Virus record (IMG/VR): IMGVR_UViG_3300045988_106448
DNA: 64,000 bases
Strand: one strand, 5' to 3'
Origin: a virus
Part shown: in pieces, positions 1 through 9,567 of the stretch
Numbering within the stretch: position 1 is the stretch's first letter
How the letters are laid out: each line of letters begins with the position of its first letter
Translations under genes and position numbers: made by a program
The notes under the pieces: model-generated
Told to the model about the DNA's origin: nothing
Database searches by the model: none
What the model saw: the letters and a program-made list of their open reading frames with translations, nothing else

Positions 1-28
1 TTTATATTCCATTAAAAAGGGAGCGTCT

Positions 29-403
29 TTGCTAACCCTTAGGACTTCTCAGTTTAACGTTGGAGTTAAAACCGGGTACGGGGTAACGAAGATTATAAAG
101 GCGATGCTCTCTAAGAGCGTGGGGTTAGGACAGGATGGTAAGCCGTTGAGGCTATATTTTTACAATATGGCACTCGGGGAAAGTTATTTGGTAGTAGTTC
201 CTCCTAGTGGTGCTCAATTTTCGCAGGATTTAAGTAAGAATATGATTTGGAATTATAATATTACCATGATTGCGATAGCACCTTTGGAACTTGTTGCCAA
301 CAAGAAAAATGCCAAGAGTTGGCTGATAAACAGTCTGGCGAATGCGGCTATTCAAACCGGAGTGAATGATTTAGCAACCAAAGTAACACGAGCGATACTA
401 TGA
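29..403 (+). CDS. hypothetical protein in baseplate module (possibly gpW/gp25-like, TTG start)
   Basis: 124-aa ORF. It is translationally coupled (ATGA overlap) to the next ORF, directly upstream of the baseplate J-like gene. I recognised no diagnostic motif. Confidence 0.3.
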   Translation: MLTLRTSQFNVGVKTGYGVTKIIKAMLSKSVGLGQDGKPLRLYFYNMALGESYLVVVPPSGAQFSQDLSKNMIWNYNITMIAIAPLELVANKKNAKSWLINSLANAAIQTGVNDLATKVTRAIL

Positions 404-1311
404 AAGCTGCAATGGAAATATTTAAGGACATCACGGGGTATGATATTAAATCGTACTTCGAAGATTTTGTGTTGCTTTGTAACACGTATTACCCGAATAT
501 AGTGGGTTATTACATGGGGCAAAATATTGATGTCAGGGATTCTTTTGGGCGGCTTGATGCCCTCCTAAAACAGTCAGAAGCGATTGAGCCTTTGTTTTAT
601 TTGAAAGCAAGCGGGTTCAGCACTCTTGATTCATGGGAATTGCTTGACGTGTTTACGGACTGCCAAACAAAACTGTGGACGATTAATAATTCCTCTCGTT
701 GGCTTCGCTCAGCCATTTTAGGGCGGTATGGGAATAATGTGGTTCTTGAAAGGGTTTTGAAGACCCGTGAGACCTTTGAAGACGTTGCTTCAGAGTTAGG
801 GTTGGATGACCCGCAAGATTCGTGGTTCAACATTGCCAAGAACAATTATGTTGAAGAGGAAGATTACACCGCTAATGACGGTGGAGGAATGTTTAAGATA
901 AACATTAGGCAGTCTGGAAACTTCGATATTCCAAATATTGTTGATAACTTGTCAACGGAAAAGATATTAGGAAAAGACATAAGCGTGGATTTTGGGTTTG
1001 TAAATAATGACCTTTTAACGGTGGAATTTAACGATGCCATACGGCAGACGTTTAACACGATTTTATCATCACTGAAGGGTTCAATTCCAGAGTTTCCAGA
1101 ATATGGTTTTCCTAATGATATGATAGGTTCTTCAATGAATGCTATTCAATATCCGACTATTTTCAAGCATTTGTTGAATATGTTCCAACGAGATGCGAGG
1201 TGGATAGAGGTGAATTTGATAGATTTGTACGCTAAAGATGATAACATATTTGTCAAATTGAGTGCCCGGACGGTAACGAATAATTATCTGGAAACAAATA
1301 TACAATTATGA
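400..1311 (+). CDS. hypothetical structural protein (baseplate module)
   Basis: 303-aa ORF overlapping its neighbours by 4 nt on each side. Position between a small gp25-sized ORF and baseplate J suggests a baseplate component. Confidence 0.35.
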   Translation: MKAAMEIFKDITGYDIKSYFEDFVLLCNTYYPNIVGYYMGQNIDVRDSFGRLDALLKQSEAIEPLFYLKASGFSTLDSWELLDVFTDCQTKLWTINNSSRWLRSAILGRYGNNVVLERVLKTRETFEDVASELGLDDPQDSWFNIAKNNYVEEEDYTANDGGGMFKINIRQSGNFDIPNIVDNLSTEKILGKDISVDFGFVNNDLLTVEFNDAIRQTFNTILSSLKGSIPEFPEYGFPNDMIGSSMNAIQYPTIFKHLLNMFQRDARWIEVNLIDLYAKDDNIFVKLSARTVTNNYLETNIQL

Positions 1312-2480
1312 TAACGAAATTAAACAATACAATCTCCTTCCTAAAGAATTTATGGGTGGAGACATTTCTAAACAAAACGGATAAAGTGTCAGATATCACT
1401 GACAATTCTGTTTTGAATGGAACGGCGTATGCTAACGCCAAGGTAGCGCAAAAGTGTTTGAAGGAGGTTGCCATTGTGGAGGCACAAATATTTCCGGAAG
1501 AGGCTTCGGGGGATTATTTGGATAGAGCGGCGAGTTTGTTTGGCGTACCGCCCCGGCGTGGAGCGTTAGGTTCCTCTACTTATATTAGAGTGTATGCTGA
1601 CCCCGGTACGACTTATACTGCCGGAACGAACGTGTTTGTTAGTTCAAGCGGCGTGCGTTTTCCTATTGAGGAATCTATGACTGTTGGCGATACCGGGTAT
1701 GGCTATGTGAAAGTAAGAAGCGAATCGTTAGGGGCGTTTACCAACGTGGACGCTAATAGTATCGTAACGTTGACCCCGGTACCAAGTGGTCACCATGAAT
1801 GCACTAACGAATATTATGCAATAGGTGGGCGTGATGAGGAAGATGATGAAACGTTCAGAATAAGAATATTGAATCATCAGAATATAAACGCCGAAGGCAC
1901 GTTGGAAAAACTGACGCAAGTGTTTTCCGCAGCTGATGATCGTGTGTTAAAGATTATGTTCGTCGGTGTGATGGAGGATTCTTTCTTGCACGTTCAAATC
2001 GCCACTCAAAACGGGCAGCAGCTTTCTTCACAAGAATTGCAGGTGTTGTTAGATGCAGCCACTCCCTATTTCGGTATCGGAGATATGATAGTGTCAGGGC
2101 GTTTAATGGGTATCAAATTGGAGAATGCCACGTGGTATGAAGTGGGTGGTAGTACCGGAGTAGATTTCCGATGTGAATTGGAAGCCGGGTATGACGTGGC
2201 TACTGTGCGCAAGAATATTCAGGTTGAGTTAACCAAGTATTTGGATTTTCGTTATTGGGAACCGGGTAAGAAAGTTGAATGGGATAACCTGTTAGGTATT
2301 GTTAAACGTACTGAAGGAGTGCGTTACGTGGCTGACGAGTATTTCTTACCACGTACAGATGAGTCCGTACCTGAATGGGAGTTACCCCGTATAAAGAAAT
2401 TTATCATGAGGAATTTAGATGGGGAAGTTCTTTTTGATGAGGAGGATGAGTTTTCTCCGGTGTTTTATCCCAGAAGTTAA
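1308..2480 (+). CDS. baseplate J-like protein (P2 gpJ / Mu gp47 family)
   Basis: 390 aa. Pattern FPEEASGDYLDRAASLFGV...AGTNVFV...GxxGNV....GG.DEEDDETFRIRIL is typical of baseplate_J family proteins. Confidence 0.6.
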   Translation: MITKLNNTISFLKNLWVETFLNKTDKVSDITDNSVLNGTAYANAKVAQKCLKEVAIVEAQIFPEEASGDYLDRAASLFGVPPRRGALGSSTYIRVYADPGTTYTAGTNVFVSSSGVRFPIEESMTVGDTGYGYVKVRSESLGAFTNVDANSIVTLTPVPSGHHECTNEYYAIGGRDEEDDETFRIRILNHQNINAEGTLEKLTQVFSAADDRVLKIMFVGVMEDSFLHVQIATQNGQQLSSQELQVLLDAATPYFGIGDMIVSGRLMGIKLENATWYEVGGSTGVDFRCELEAGYDVATVRKNIQVELTKYLDFRYWEPGKKVEWDNLLGIVKRTEGVRYVADEYFLPRTDESVPEWELPRIKKFIMRNLDGEVLFDEEDEFSPVFYPRS

Positions 2481-2559
2481 TGCCTAATTTTTAGACAAAA
2501 TGCCGTATATTTACAATGAAATAAGTTAAAATTGAGTTGCAAATATACGGTTTACGATT

Positions 2560-3033
2560 ATGATTATGGAGGTCAGGAATTTCAATATGCAGTGGTTAGC
2601 CGGGGCGGGAAGCACCTTATTAGGGGCATTCGCACCGATTCAGGATATGTTGATTGGGGTATTCATATTTATTGCCATTGATTTTGTCGTGGGGTGTATA
2701 GCCTCCTATAAACGGGCGAAACGCAGGAAGGTGAAATGGTACTTTGAAAGTGCTAAAGCGTGGAATACTATTTACAAACTAGCGTTTAGTTTAATAGCGG
2801 TTTCGTTGTCTTATTATTTGGATACTAAAATATTTGATTTCGTTGATTTGAAGTTGCCTAACATGGTAGCGGGCTTTGTATGTGGGACAGAATTTTGGTC
2901 GTTCTTGGAAAATGCAGGCGACATCAGCGAACATCCGGTGTTTTTGGCTATACGGAAGATAACAAAACGTAAGATTAACAGAGTAATAGAAGGGGATGAC
3001 CCAGAAATGAATCTTGATAACGATAAAAACTAA
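2560..3033 (+). CDS. holin (phage_holin_4_1 / TcdE-like family)
   Basis: 157 aa with 3 predicted TM segments. Has the AIDFVVG motif and the family-typical E..SFLENAGD segment, followed by a charged C-terminus. Confidence 0.55.
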   Translation: MIMEVRNFNMQWLAGAGSTLLGAFAPIQDMLIGVFIFIAIDFVVGCIASYKRAKRRKVKWYFESAKAWNTIYKLAFSLIAVSLSYYLDTKIFDFVDLKLPNMVAGFVCGTEFWSFLENAGDISEHPVFLAIRKITKRKINRVIEGDDPEMNLDNDKN

Positions 3034-3038
3034 GAGCC

Positions 3039-3497
3039 ATGGAAATATTAGTTAAAAGAACAGAATTTACCGACACCGCCACGATTGGCACTATGTATAT
3101 TGATTCTGCAAGAATCTGCGATACATTGGAAGACGCTCGTAGGGATTTACCCGCAGAGTGTCCTAATACCCCGAAAGGTGTTGTGTGTAAGTGTAAGGAA
3201 AAAGTTTACGGGAAGACTTGTATTCCGGCGGGGCGATACCGGGTTATTTGGAGGTATTCTCCTAAGTTTAAAAAGGAATACCCGGCTATTGAAAACGTAC
3301 CCCATTTTTTGGGGATATTGATTCACGCCGGGGCAAACGTTGATCATTCTGACGGGTGTATTTTGGTTGGAACCCGCACGCCTCGTCAAGAGAAACTCAG
3401 CCAACAATTCGTGGCTTCCACGAAAGTGAGTAGCATGGTGAAAGCTGCCATTGATGACGGTGAAGAAGTTTGGATTATTATAACAGAAGAAAGATGA
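3039..3497 (+). CDS. putative peptidoglycan hydrolase (L,D-peptidase-like HxxxxxxSDGCI motif), candidate endolysin
   Basis: 152 aa sitting between the holin and a spanin-like ORF. The HAGANVDHSDGCILVG segment resembles YkuD-type catalytic His/Cys motifs. The assignment is tentative. Confidence 0.3.
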   Translation: MEILVKRTEFTDTATIGTMYIDSARICDTLEDARRDLPAECPNTPKGVVCKCKEKVYGKTCIPAGRYRVIWRYSPKFKKEYPAIENVPHFLGILIHAGANVDHSDGCILVGTRTPRQEKLSQQFVASTKVSSMVKAAIDDGEEVWIIITEER

Positions 3498-4117
3498 AAG
3501 ATTTTGTATTAAAGCATTGGAAAATTATTCTTATCGTGTTATTAGCCGGGGCACTCTTTATAACGATAAGAACGGCTTCAAAGAATAAAAGCAAGTACCA
3601 GAGGGAACGCAATAATGTGGAAGCCTTGATGACGGAGTTGGAACATGAGAAAACGAAACGAGGCGAAGATGTTACCACAATACAGGAATTGCAATTGACG
3701 GTTTCAGAATTTAAGAAGTTACGTGCCGAAGATGTTAAACTGATAGAAGAATTAAAGATAAAACCACCTCAGATCAAAGAGGTGGTTAAAACTGTGGTAG
3801 AAACTAAGATTGTTTATAGAGATTCTTTAGTACAGGTTTCGCCCGGTAAATATGAATGGAATAAGGATACAAAATGGTGGACGGTAAATCAACAAATTGA
3901 TTTTAACGATAACCCTCCTATAAATAACTTTAAGATGACCACCCGTGACAGCCTCACGCACGTATTATACAAGGTGCCAAAATGTAAATTCCTTGGAATA
4001 CGTTTTGGAACAAAAGGCTACGAAATAAAGGTGATAAATCATAATCCTGACGGCACGATATTATACAATTCATGGATAAACGTGAGTAAGGATAAAACCC
4101 GTAGAAAAAGAGATTAA
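3470..4117 (+). CDS. spanin-like protein (N-terminal TM + coiled coil)
   Basis: 215 aa. N-terminal hydrophobic helix (ILIVLLAGALFITI), then a charged coiled-coil region (EALMTELEHEKTKR...). Sits immediately after the holin/hydrolase pair. Confidence 0.35.
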   Translation: MDYYNRRKMKDFVLKHWKIILIVLLAGALFITIRTASKNKSKYQRERNNVEALMTELEHEKTKRGEDVTTIQELQLTVSEFKKLRAEDVKLIEELKIKPPQIKEVVKTVVETKIVYRDSLVQVSPGKYEWNKDTKWWTVNQQIDFNDNPPINNFKMTTRDSLTHVLYKVPKCKFLGIRFGTKGYEIKVINHNPDGTILYNSWINVSKDKTRRKRD

Positions 4118-4118
4118 T

Positions 4119-6530
4119 ATGTCTACACTAGTATATAGAGATTATCCACGAATAGGTAAGGGATTTCGTATCTCTACCAACATCATTCCGGCGGCGGGCT
4201 TGATTCCGGTGTTACAAGCGGCTCGAGAAGGCAACCGGAATTTATATCGTTATTCGAAAGATGGCGGGCAGACTTTTACGGATTGGGAAATTTTAACAAC
4301 GACGACCCTTGCGGCGATGGGTGGCTTGCACGAGGCGTGCGAGTTGGTGGTGGATTACGTGACTGATCCCTATAAACGGGTGGAGTACCGTAGCCGCATG
4401 GCAACCCCGTTAGCCGATCCGTTATCTACCGTGATTTACGATAAGTCGGTTTTTAAACAGTTTTTTGAAAACAACGACCCTCAGGTGCTTGCGTGGGCTT
4501 TAAACGTGTTAGAGAAGTTATACGAGCCGGGTATCGTTCCGTTGTACATTAAACGGGATAACGAGGCAGACTACACGGCGTATTTCTTTGCTATAACTCA
4601 TTTCTTTGCGTTCATCGTGATTTATGCCCGCAAGTTTCGTTTTATTGAAAACGATGATTTTCTTATGCAGAAATTCATTGAAGGGTGGGGGTTAGTGTAT
4701 GAAAATATTGATACACCAGAGCAGCGCAGCTTCCTATTTAAGAACTGGATTAAGCAGTTTTCTGAAAGAGGAACGTTTCAAATCACTCAAAAACAAGCAG
4801 AAAATGAGGATGGTGAAATTATACGGCTTGACGGTGAGTTAAGAAGATTGGTAGGGTATTCCAAACCCAATGAATTCATATTTGGTGCGCTTGCGCCTCA
4901 GGATACAGGGTGGTGCATGGGATGGTCATCACCCACGTGGGATGGCACCGAAACGGTGAATGCGGTTTCAAAAGGGTATGATTTCGGACCAGATTATTCT
5001 GGGGATGCTTACAGTGATAAGATTACCTTCGGGGAAGAAACCATTACACTTCCTAAAGATGAAACTCCAGTTAATAACACCATTTTAACCGAAGAAGAAT
5101 GGTTACTTTATTTGGAGGGCAACGTGCCCCCCGGTTTGGAATTGTCTAACGTGGTGGGGGTTGGCAAACTTGAGGAATACCCTATCGTGGGTAGCGTGGA
5201 ACGTAAAATGATGGATAATCGTTACGTGCTAGTGCCAACAGGTTCGGGAAGATCGGGGGTTGATAGCCAAGCTGACACCACTAAAGTGATGGAAGTTTAC
5301 CGAGGATTGAATTATGAAATTACCGTTTGGGTGAAAGCGTTGAACGGTGATGAGTATGGAAATTCTTTACCGCAGAATATAGAATTTGGGGTTAACTGTT
5401 ATAACGGAAATATGCAGCTAAGGCAACAAGTTCGTTTGACAGATTTTCAAGCCACGAGTAGTTTCTTTTTAGGAGATCGGTACCAAAGTCCGTGTCTAGT
5501 GGCTAACAAGTGGTACAGGTTGAAGGGAATTATTTACAATATTGTGGAACTGAAAGATGAGGATTTGTATCTGAATTTCTTAAATGGTAGACCGTTGCGG
5601 TTTATAGAAGATATTCGGTACATGGCTCCCTATTTGGTTCAGAATAGAAGTGGAAACGTTTCCGATATCGCGATAGGGGGTATTGTTTTGAAGCCGTTGT
5701 CCTTACCATTCACGCAGGGGTATTTAGGACAAAAGAACGTTATAGCCATGTACGCTGAAATACGTTCAGCCCGTACTAAAGCCGATATAGAATCTTTTAT
5801 AAAAAGATATCTTGTAAGTTACAAGAACGTGGTTTCCGTAACGTGGTTGGATTGGGTGGTTCGGACGTCATGGTTCGCTACCTTCTACGTTTCTAACACG
5901 TATAACGGGGCTATGTTGGAAGGGGCGGAAGTAACTGTGACGGTTCGGGGAGGTGCGCAATTTGTAAACAGCACCGATGAGAATGGTTACGTGCGTTTTG
6001 AAGTGCCCGTTGATAGTATTATAGATTGGACGTGCGAGTACCGGGGTGTCACGAGTACCGGGTTTGAAACGATGAAATCTGATAAAGATGTTTACGTTAG
6101 AATGACGGTACCGTTGAACGTGTCTGTTGAGATCGTAGAGCCGGGCTTTGGTACGGTAGTAGTTACACCTGAGCCTCCACAGCGTTTGCCACGTACAGAG
6201 ATTAATTTGACGGCTACACCCGCACCGGGTTACGCTTTCTTACGTTGGGAAATTGCACCGGAAGGGGCTGTTGACACACGTAACCCCACGGTATATCAAT
6301 TAGGGGACGTTGATATTGACGTTAAAGCGATCTTTGAAGTTTCAGGATCATTATCATTCTCTCCGGCAGAAGTGGTTATACCGCAGGCGGGAGGAAGTAG
6401 CAGGTTGATTGCATCCTCTAATGTGAAATGGGCTATTGATCCGTTACCGGGTACATGGGTTTCCGTAACTCCGAGTAGTGGTGATGGTGGTGATACCCCG
6501 ATAGAAGTAGAAATTATTGAAGAAGGATAA
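4119..6530 (+). CDS. tail fibre / receptor-binding protein with Listeria-Bacteroides (InlB B) repeat and C-terminal BACON-like domain
   Basis: 803 aa. C-terminal region has TATPAPGYAFLRWEIAPEG (a Y.F.GW-type repeat) and a terminal segment (W.......WVSVTPSSGDGGDTPIEVEI) that resembles BACON. Confidence 0.55.
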   Translation: MSTLVYRDYPRIGKGFRISTNIIPAAGLIPVLQAAREGNRNLYRYSKDGGQTFTDWEILTTTTLAAMGGLHEACELVVDYVTDPYKRVEYRSRMATPLADPLSTVIYDKSVFKQFFENNDPQVLAWALNVLEKLYEPGIVPLYIKRDNEADYTAYFFAITHFFAFIVIYARKFRFIENDDFLMQKFIEGWGLVYENIDTPEQRSFLFKNWIKQFSERGTFQITQKQAENEDGEIIRLDGELRRLVGYSKPNEFIFGALAPQDTGWCMGWSSPTWDGTETVNAVSKGYDFGPDYSGDAYSDKITFGEETITLPKDETPVNNTILTEEEWLLYLEGNVPPGLELSNVVGVGKLEEYPIVGSVERKMMDNRYVLVPTGSGRSGVDSQADTTKVMEVYRGLNYEITVWVKALNGDEYGNSLPQNIEFGVNCYNGNMQLRQQVRLTDFQATSSFFLGDRYQSPCLVANKWYRLKGIIYNIVELKDEDLYLNFLNGRPLRFIEDIRYMAPYLVQNRSGNVSDIAIGGIVLKPLSLPFTQGYLGQKNVIAMYAEIRSARTKADIESFIKRYLVSYKNVVSVTWLDWVVRTSWFATFYVSNTYNGAMLEGAEVTVTVRGGAQFVNSTDENGYVRFEVPVDSIIDWTCEYRGVTSTGFETMKSDKDVYVRMTVPLNVSVEIVEPGFGTVVVTPEPPQRLPRTEINLTATPAPGYAFLRWEIAPEGAVDTRNPTVYQLGDVDIDVKAIFEVSGSLSFSPAEVVIPQAGGSSRLIASSNVKWAIDPLPGTWVSVTPSSGDGGDTPIEVEIIEEG

Positions 6531-6542
6531 TAAATAATTATT

Positions 6543-7937
6543 ATGAGTAAATTAAATATTTATCGGAACACATTCTTAGAGAAAGAGGAACTTGATCAGT
6601 TGGTCAAGTTCTCCACTCAGAATACGGCTTTAGAAGCCATTCTGTCGGCTTCTCTATCCTTTGGGCTTGTGTCTCCCGGTTCAAAACCGGGTGTGCCCTT
6701 TAGGGTTACGGTTTCCACTACATTTGGAACCGTGAACATTGCCGGGGGGTACGTGATCGGTCCGAATTACAAACCGTTTTACGTGCCGTCGCAGCAGAAT
6801 TTTGTCATTCCTAATGACAATCAGTACTATTGGATTAAGGTAGCGTATCGGTCAACCAACACGGAACCGGGGTACGCCGCTGTTGATGCCTCTGGTAACT
6901 TATCAGGAACCGTGAATTTTGCGGGCTTAGTTCGAGGTCAAAGTTCTGGTGTTGCCACGTGTATCAAATTTGTTAAATTTGATGAAGAGGGAAATCCAGT
7001 GGCAGTCTTGAATGACAAGGTTTATCAGGTAGTTGATATCGTGAATGACACGAATCTAGTGTTATCAAGCGGATACGCCTTCCAACCGGAACAACAATTG
7101 AAAGTCGTTATTTTGGGAAGTATGCCTATGGGTCGTAGGTTCACTGACGCTCAATTAGCGGGCGGCTTGTATCAATATGATTCTTACAAAATTAGTTTGG
7201 TACTGGAAACCACCACCGGAGTACAACCTCCTAAAGATGAAAACGAGTATTATATTGCTAGGGTACAAAATAACGGAGGATCGATAACGATTTTGGATGA
7301 GCGAGAGGAATTTTGGAATTTAGGTGGAGGAGGGACACCTTCGGAGTTGTTCACGTTAACGATTTTGCCAAACCCTACTGACGCCCGAGTAATCATTGAC
7401 GGAGTGGTTACTAACACCGTGACAGGTGTGAACGGGCGAACGGTTTCTTATTCCGTTTCAAAATCTGGTTATGTTACTAAAACGGGCACATACACGTTTC
7501 ACGGTACAGATGAAACTCTGACCGTGACGCTTGTGGAAGACCCAAATCCTCCCGTGGAGATTCAGGTGACTTGTCGTACTGAAACAGGTGACACCTCACA
7601 AGGTTCTATTCAGTTGAATAGTGGGAACAAGGTGGCTTCTGACACGCAATCAGCTATTGCGGGGATACCCCAGACGATAGAGGCATATCCGGCAGAAGGA
7701 TACGCTTTTGCCGCATGGTATCGTAACGGTGTGCAATGGAGTACAAACGTGCAGGAAAATCCAGTGTTAACGTCTGATACTACATTTGTAGCTTATTTTG
7801 TGCCTTCGGTTGGACATTATTGGGATTTTGAAGTGAAACTTCAGACACCCGTTGGAGGACAAACTCATGAATTATTAACTGTGCCTTCTGCTTCAGGAAC
7901 AGGAGAAGACGAAGGCGTGATGGTAAAAATAAACTAA
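6543..7937 (+). CDS. tail fibre-like protein with Listeria-Bacteroides repeat
   Basis: 464 aa. Contains EGYAFAAWYRNGVQWSTNVQENPVLTSDTTFVAYF (InlB B-repeat-like) and Thr/Val-rich beta-strand repeats. Confidence 0.5.
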   Translation: MSKLNIYRNTFLEKEELDQLVKFSTQNTALEAILSASLSFGLVSPGSKPGVPFRVTVSTTFGTVNIAGGYVIGPNYKPFYVPSQQNFVIPNDNQYYWIKVAYRSTNTEPGYAAVDASGNLSGTVNFAGLVRGQSSGVATCIKFVKFDEEGNPVAVLNDKVYQVVDIVNDTNLVLSSGYAFQPEQQLKVVILGSMPMGRRFTDAQLAGGLYQYDSYKISLVLETTTGVQPPKDENEYYIARVQNNGGSITILDEREEFWNLGGGGTPSELFTLTILPNPTDARVIIDGVVTNTVTGVNGRTVSYSVSKSGYVTKTGTYTFHGTDETLTVTLVEDPNPPVEIQVTCRTETGDTSQGSIQLNSGNKVASDTQSAIAGIPQTIEAYPAEGYAFAAWYRNGVQWSTNVQENPVLTSDTTFVAYFVPSVGHYWDFEVKLQTPVGGQTHELLTVPSASGTGEDEGVMVKIN

Positions 7938-7938
7938 G

Positions 7939-8508
7939 ATGCAATTATTCTACACAACGACAGCAGGTTACGATCAGCCCCAACCGAACCCCGGAGTTTC
8001 TTTGGGAGGTTATAAGTCTTCTACTCTAGTAGGAAATGATGACTTTGGAAATATTTTTGATGATATTTCTGTGATGGCGATTAAAAACGGCAGAGATGAA
8101 TACCGGGCTATTATCTTGCGTAACAGTTATAATCAAGAAGTAACAGATGTGACGATAAAGATGGTGGTTCCAGAGGATGCGATTTGCACCTTTAAAATGG
8201 CGACAACCGTATTAAATGGTAAGGACAAGTATAACAAACCGTTTATGGAGAATGTGATGTCTCCTACCAATAAACCATTTAACGCACAGTTTGTGGAAAT
8301 GGTAGACGGTGCGGAATTACTGATTCCTTCCATGCAACCCGGTGAGGAAGTAGGTATTTGGATTGGCAGGCATATTGATGTTGAAAAAGCCCGGTTACAA
8401 TATGAAACGGTGGCTGAAAAAGATCCAGATGACCCGACAGGTAGAAGATATCGACCTGTAACATTCCCTACCGTTGAAAGTGTTGACGTGGAAATAGGGT
8501 GGAACTAA
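7939..8508 (+). CDS. hypothetical structural protein
   Basis: 189-aa ORF directly following the fibre genes. No recognisable motif. Confidence 0.3.
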   Translation: MQLFYTTTAGYDQPQPNPGVSLGGYKSSTLVGNDDFGNIFDDISVMAIKNGRDEYRAIILRNSYNQEVTDVTIKMVVPEDAICTFKMATTVLNGKDKYNKPFMENVMSPTNKPFNAQFVEMVDGAELLIPSMQPGEEVGIWIGRHIDVEKARLQYETVAEKDPDDPTGRRYRPVTFPTVESVDVEIGWN

Positions 8509-8513
8509 AGGTA

Positions 8514-8540
8514 TGGCGGGGCGACCCGCCTTCCTTAAAA
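8514..8540 (+). terminator. hairpin ggcggg-gcga-cccgcc followed by a T-containing tract
   Basis: 6-bp GC stem directly after the stop of 7939..8508. It lies inside the 5' end of the tracked ORF 8499..9188, which argues for a later start for that ORF. Confidence 0.35.
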
Positions 8541-8546
8541 TTAAAA

Positions 8547-9188
8547 ATGATTATGTTATATGATGAAGAAACTACTATAAAGATTGTTCTTCGATGTTAT
8601 GAATATCTCCAGATTAGAATGCGGGTACAACCTCGTTCTATAAACATGAAGACTCAGCAGCATCAAAAGTGGGTGAAGAAGTTTATCGCTAAACTGCCAC
8701 CTTCTGCCGGGGCTGATTTTATTTGGGACTTTTTATTGTTTCAGTTTTATATGTACGCCCGGCAAACACATAAGCAACCCCCTCTATGCTCGTGGTTTTT
8801 AATGCAGGAAGCGTGGAGAAGATATGAAGAGTATGAAGAAGGAGCGTTTTATTATTCTCGACTGTGGGGGTCAGAACAGAAATTCAGTTGCCCCGTTAAG
8901 AGCCACACGTATACCCCGGTAAAGCAAGAAGTTTTAGATAAGGAAAGACTGAGAATGTCAAGAATTTCTGGACCGAATTTTTGTGTTGCCAAGTATGGGG
9001 AAAAGGCATACGTTGAAGGTAGTGAAATGTGTGATAAATGTCCTTTTGAAAAGACGTGTTACACGTTGTTTTGCAACGAGGGTAATTTGTATCACAAATT
9101 AGAACAACTTCCTAATGATGTTTCTGGGAACGTGAAGTTGAGACCCGTTAATTCAAGCATAGCAGATTATGGAGAAGAAGATTTGTAG
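8547..9188 (+). CDS. hypothetical Cys-rich protein (start revised to internal ATG)
   Basis: The tracked ORF 8499..9188 begins inside a terminator-like hairpin. The internal ATG at 8547 (MIMLYDEE) follows an A-rich leader. The protein has several Cys pairs (CDKCPFEKTC). Confidence 0.3.
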   Translation: MIMLYDEETTIKIVLRCYEYLQIRMRVQPRSINMKTQQHQKWVKKFIAKLPPSAGADFIWDFLLFQFYMYARQTHKQPPLCSWFLMQEAWRRYEEYEEGAFYYSRLWGSEQKFSCPVKSHTYTPVKQEVLDKERLRMSRISGPNFCVAKYGEKAYVEGSEMCDKCPFEKTCYTLFCNEGNLYHKLEQLPNDVSGNVKLRPVNSSIADYGEEDL

Positions 9189-9555
9189 CAAATGCGGACG
9201 TGAAAAGTACATCGTAAATAAAACGAAGTGCTTGTGCGATGAATGTAATTACAAGCGTTTGCACAATGGTTTGACACGATTTGAGATTGCCCGGCTACGG
9301 CAACAAGCCAAACCACCCAAGAAAAAGAAACCCACGGGTGAATTAGATCTCTTTAAAGAGATTTGGGCGGAACGCCCGCATATTTGTACCAAATGTGGGA
9401 AGCCTCTCGGTGCGACGTTAAAACCGATCTTTTTTAGTCACATAAAATCGAAAGGGGCTTACCCCGAATTGCGGTTAATGAAAACAAATATAGAACTCGT
9501 GTGTGCTGAATGTCATCAGATTTATGAATTTGGCTCACGGAAAAACTTACAATAA
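9169..9555 (+). CDS. HNH endonuclease (Zn-ribbon + HNH motif)
   Basis: 128 aa. CSKCG...CLCDEC zinc ribbon, plus HICTKCG....FSHIKSKGAYPELRLMKTNIELVCAECH, an HNH-type H-N-H arrangement. Lies upstream of TerL, as in HNH-assisted packaging systems. Confidence 0.6.
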   Translation: MEKKICSKCGREKYIVNKTKCLCDECNYKRLHNGLTRFEIARLRQQAKPPKKKKPTGELDLFKEIWAERPHICTKCGKPLGATLKPIFFSHIKSKGAYPELRLMKTNIELVCAECHQIYEFGSRKNLQ

Positions 9556-9567
9556 AAGATTACGTAT

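Noticed and set aside
597-845. Numerous short antisense or nested ORFs in the six-frame track (for example 597..845-, 11042..11422-, 36725..37180-, 37177..37548-, 46769..47209-, 30516..30812-, 54608..54868+).
   Set aside because: They lie entirely inside longer ORFs with strong family-level motifs on the other strand or frame. They have low-complexity or biased composition and no start signals, so they are typical shadow ORFs.
4119-7937. Possibility of a diversity-generating retroelement targeting the fibre genes.
   Set aside because: No reverse transcriptase ORF and no template-repeat/variable-repeat pair (near-identical ~100-nt repeats differing at adenines) are visible in this window. The rest of the genome is unseen, so this is not excluded genome-wide.
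8499-8546. N-terminal 16 codons of ORF 8499..9188 (MELKVWRGDPPSLKLK).
   Set aside because: This segment overlaps the stop of the previous gene and spans a GC-rich hairpin plus T tract that looks like its terminator. The internal ATG at 8547 is the more plausible start.
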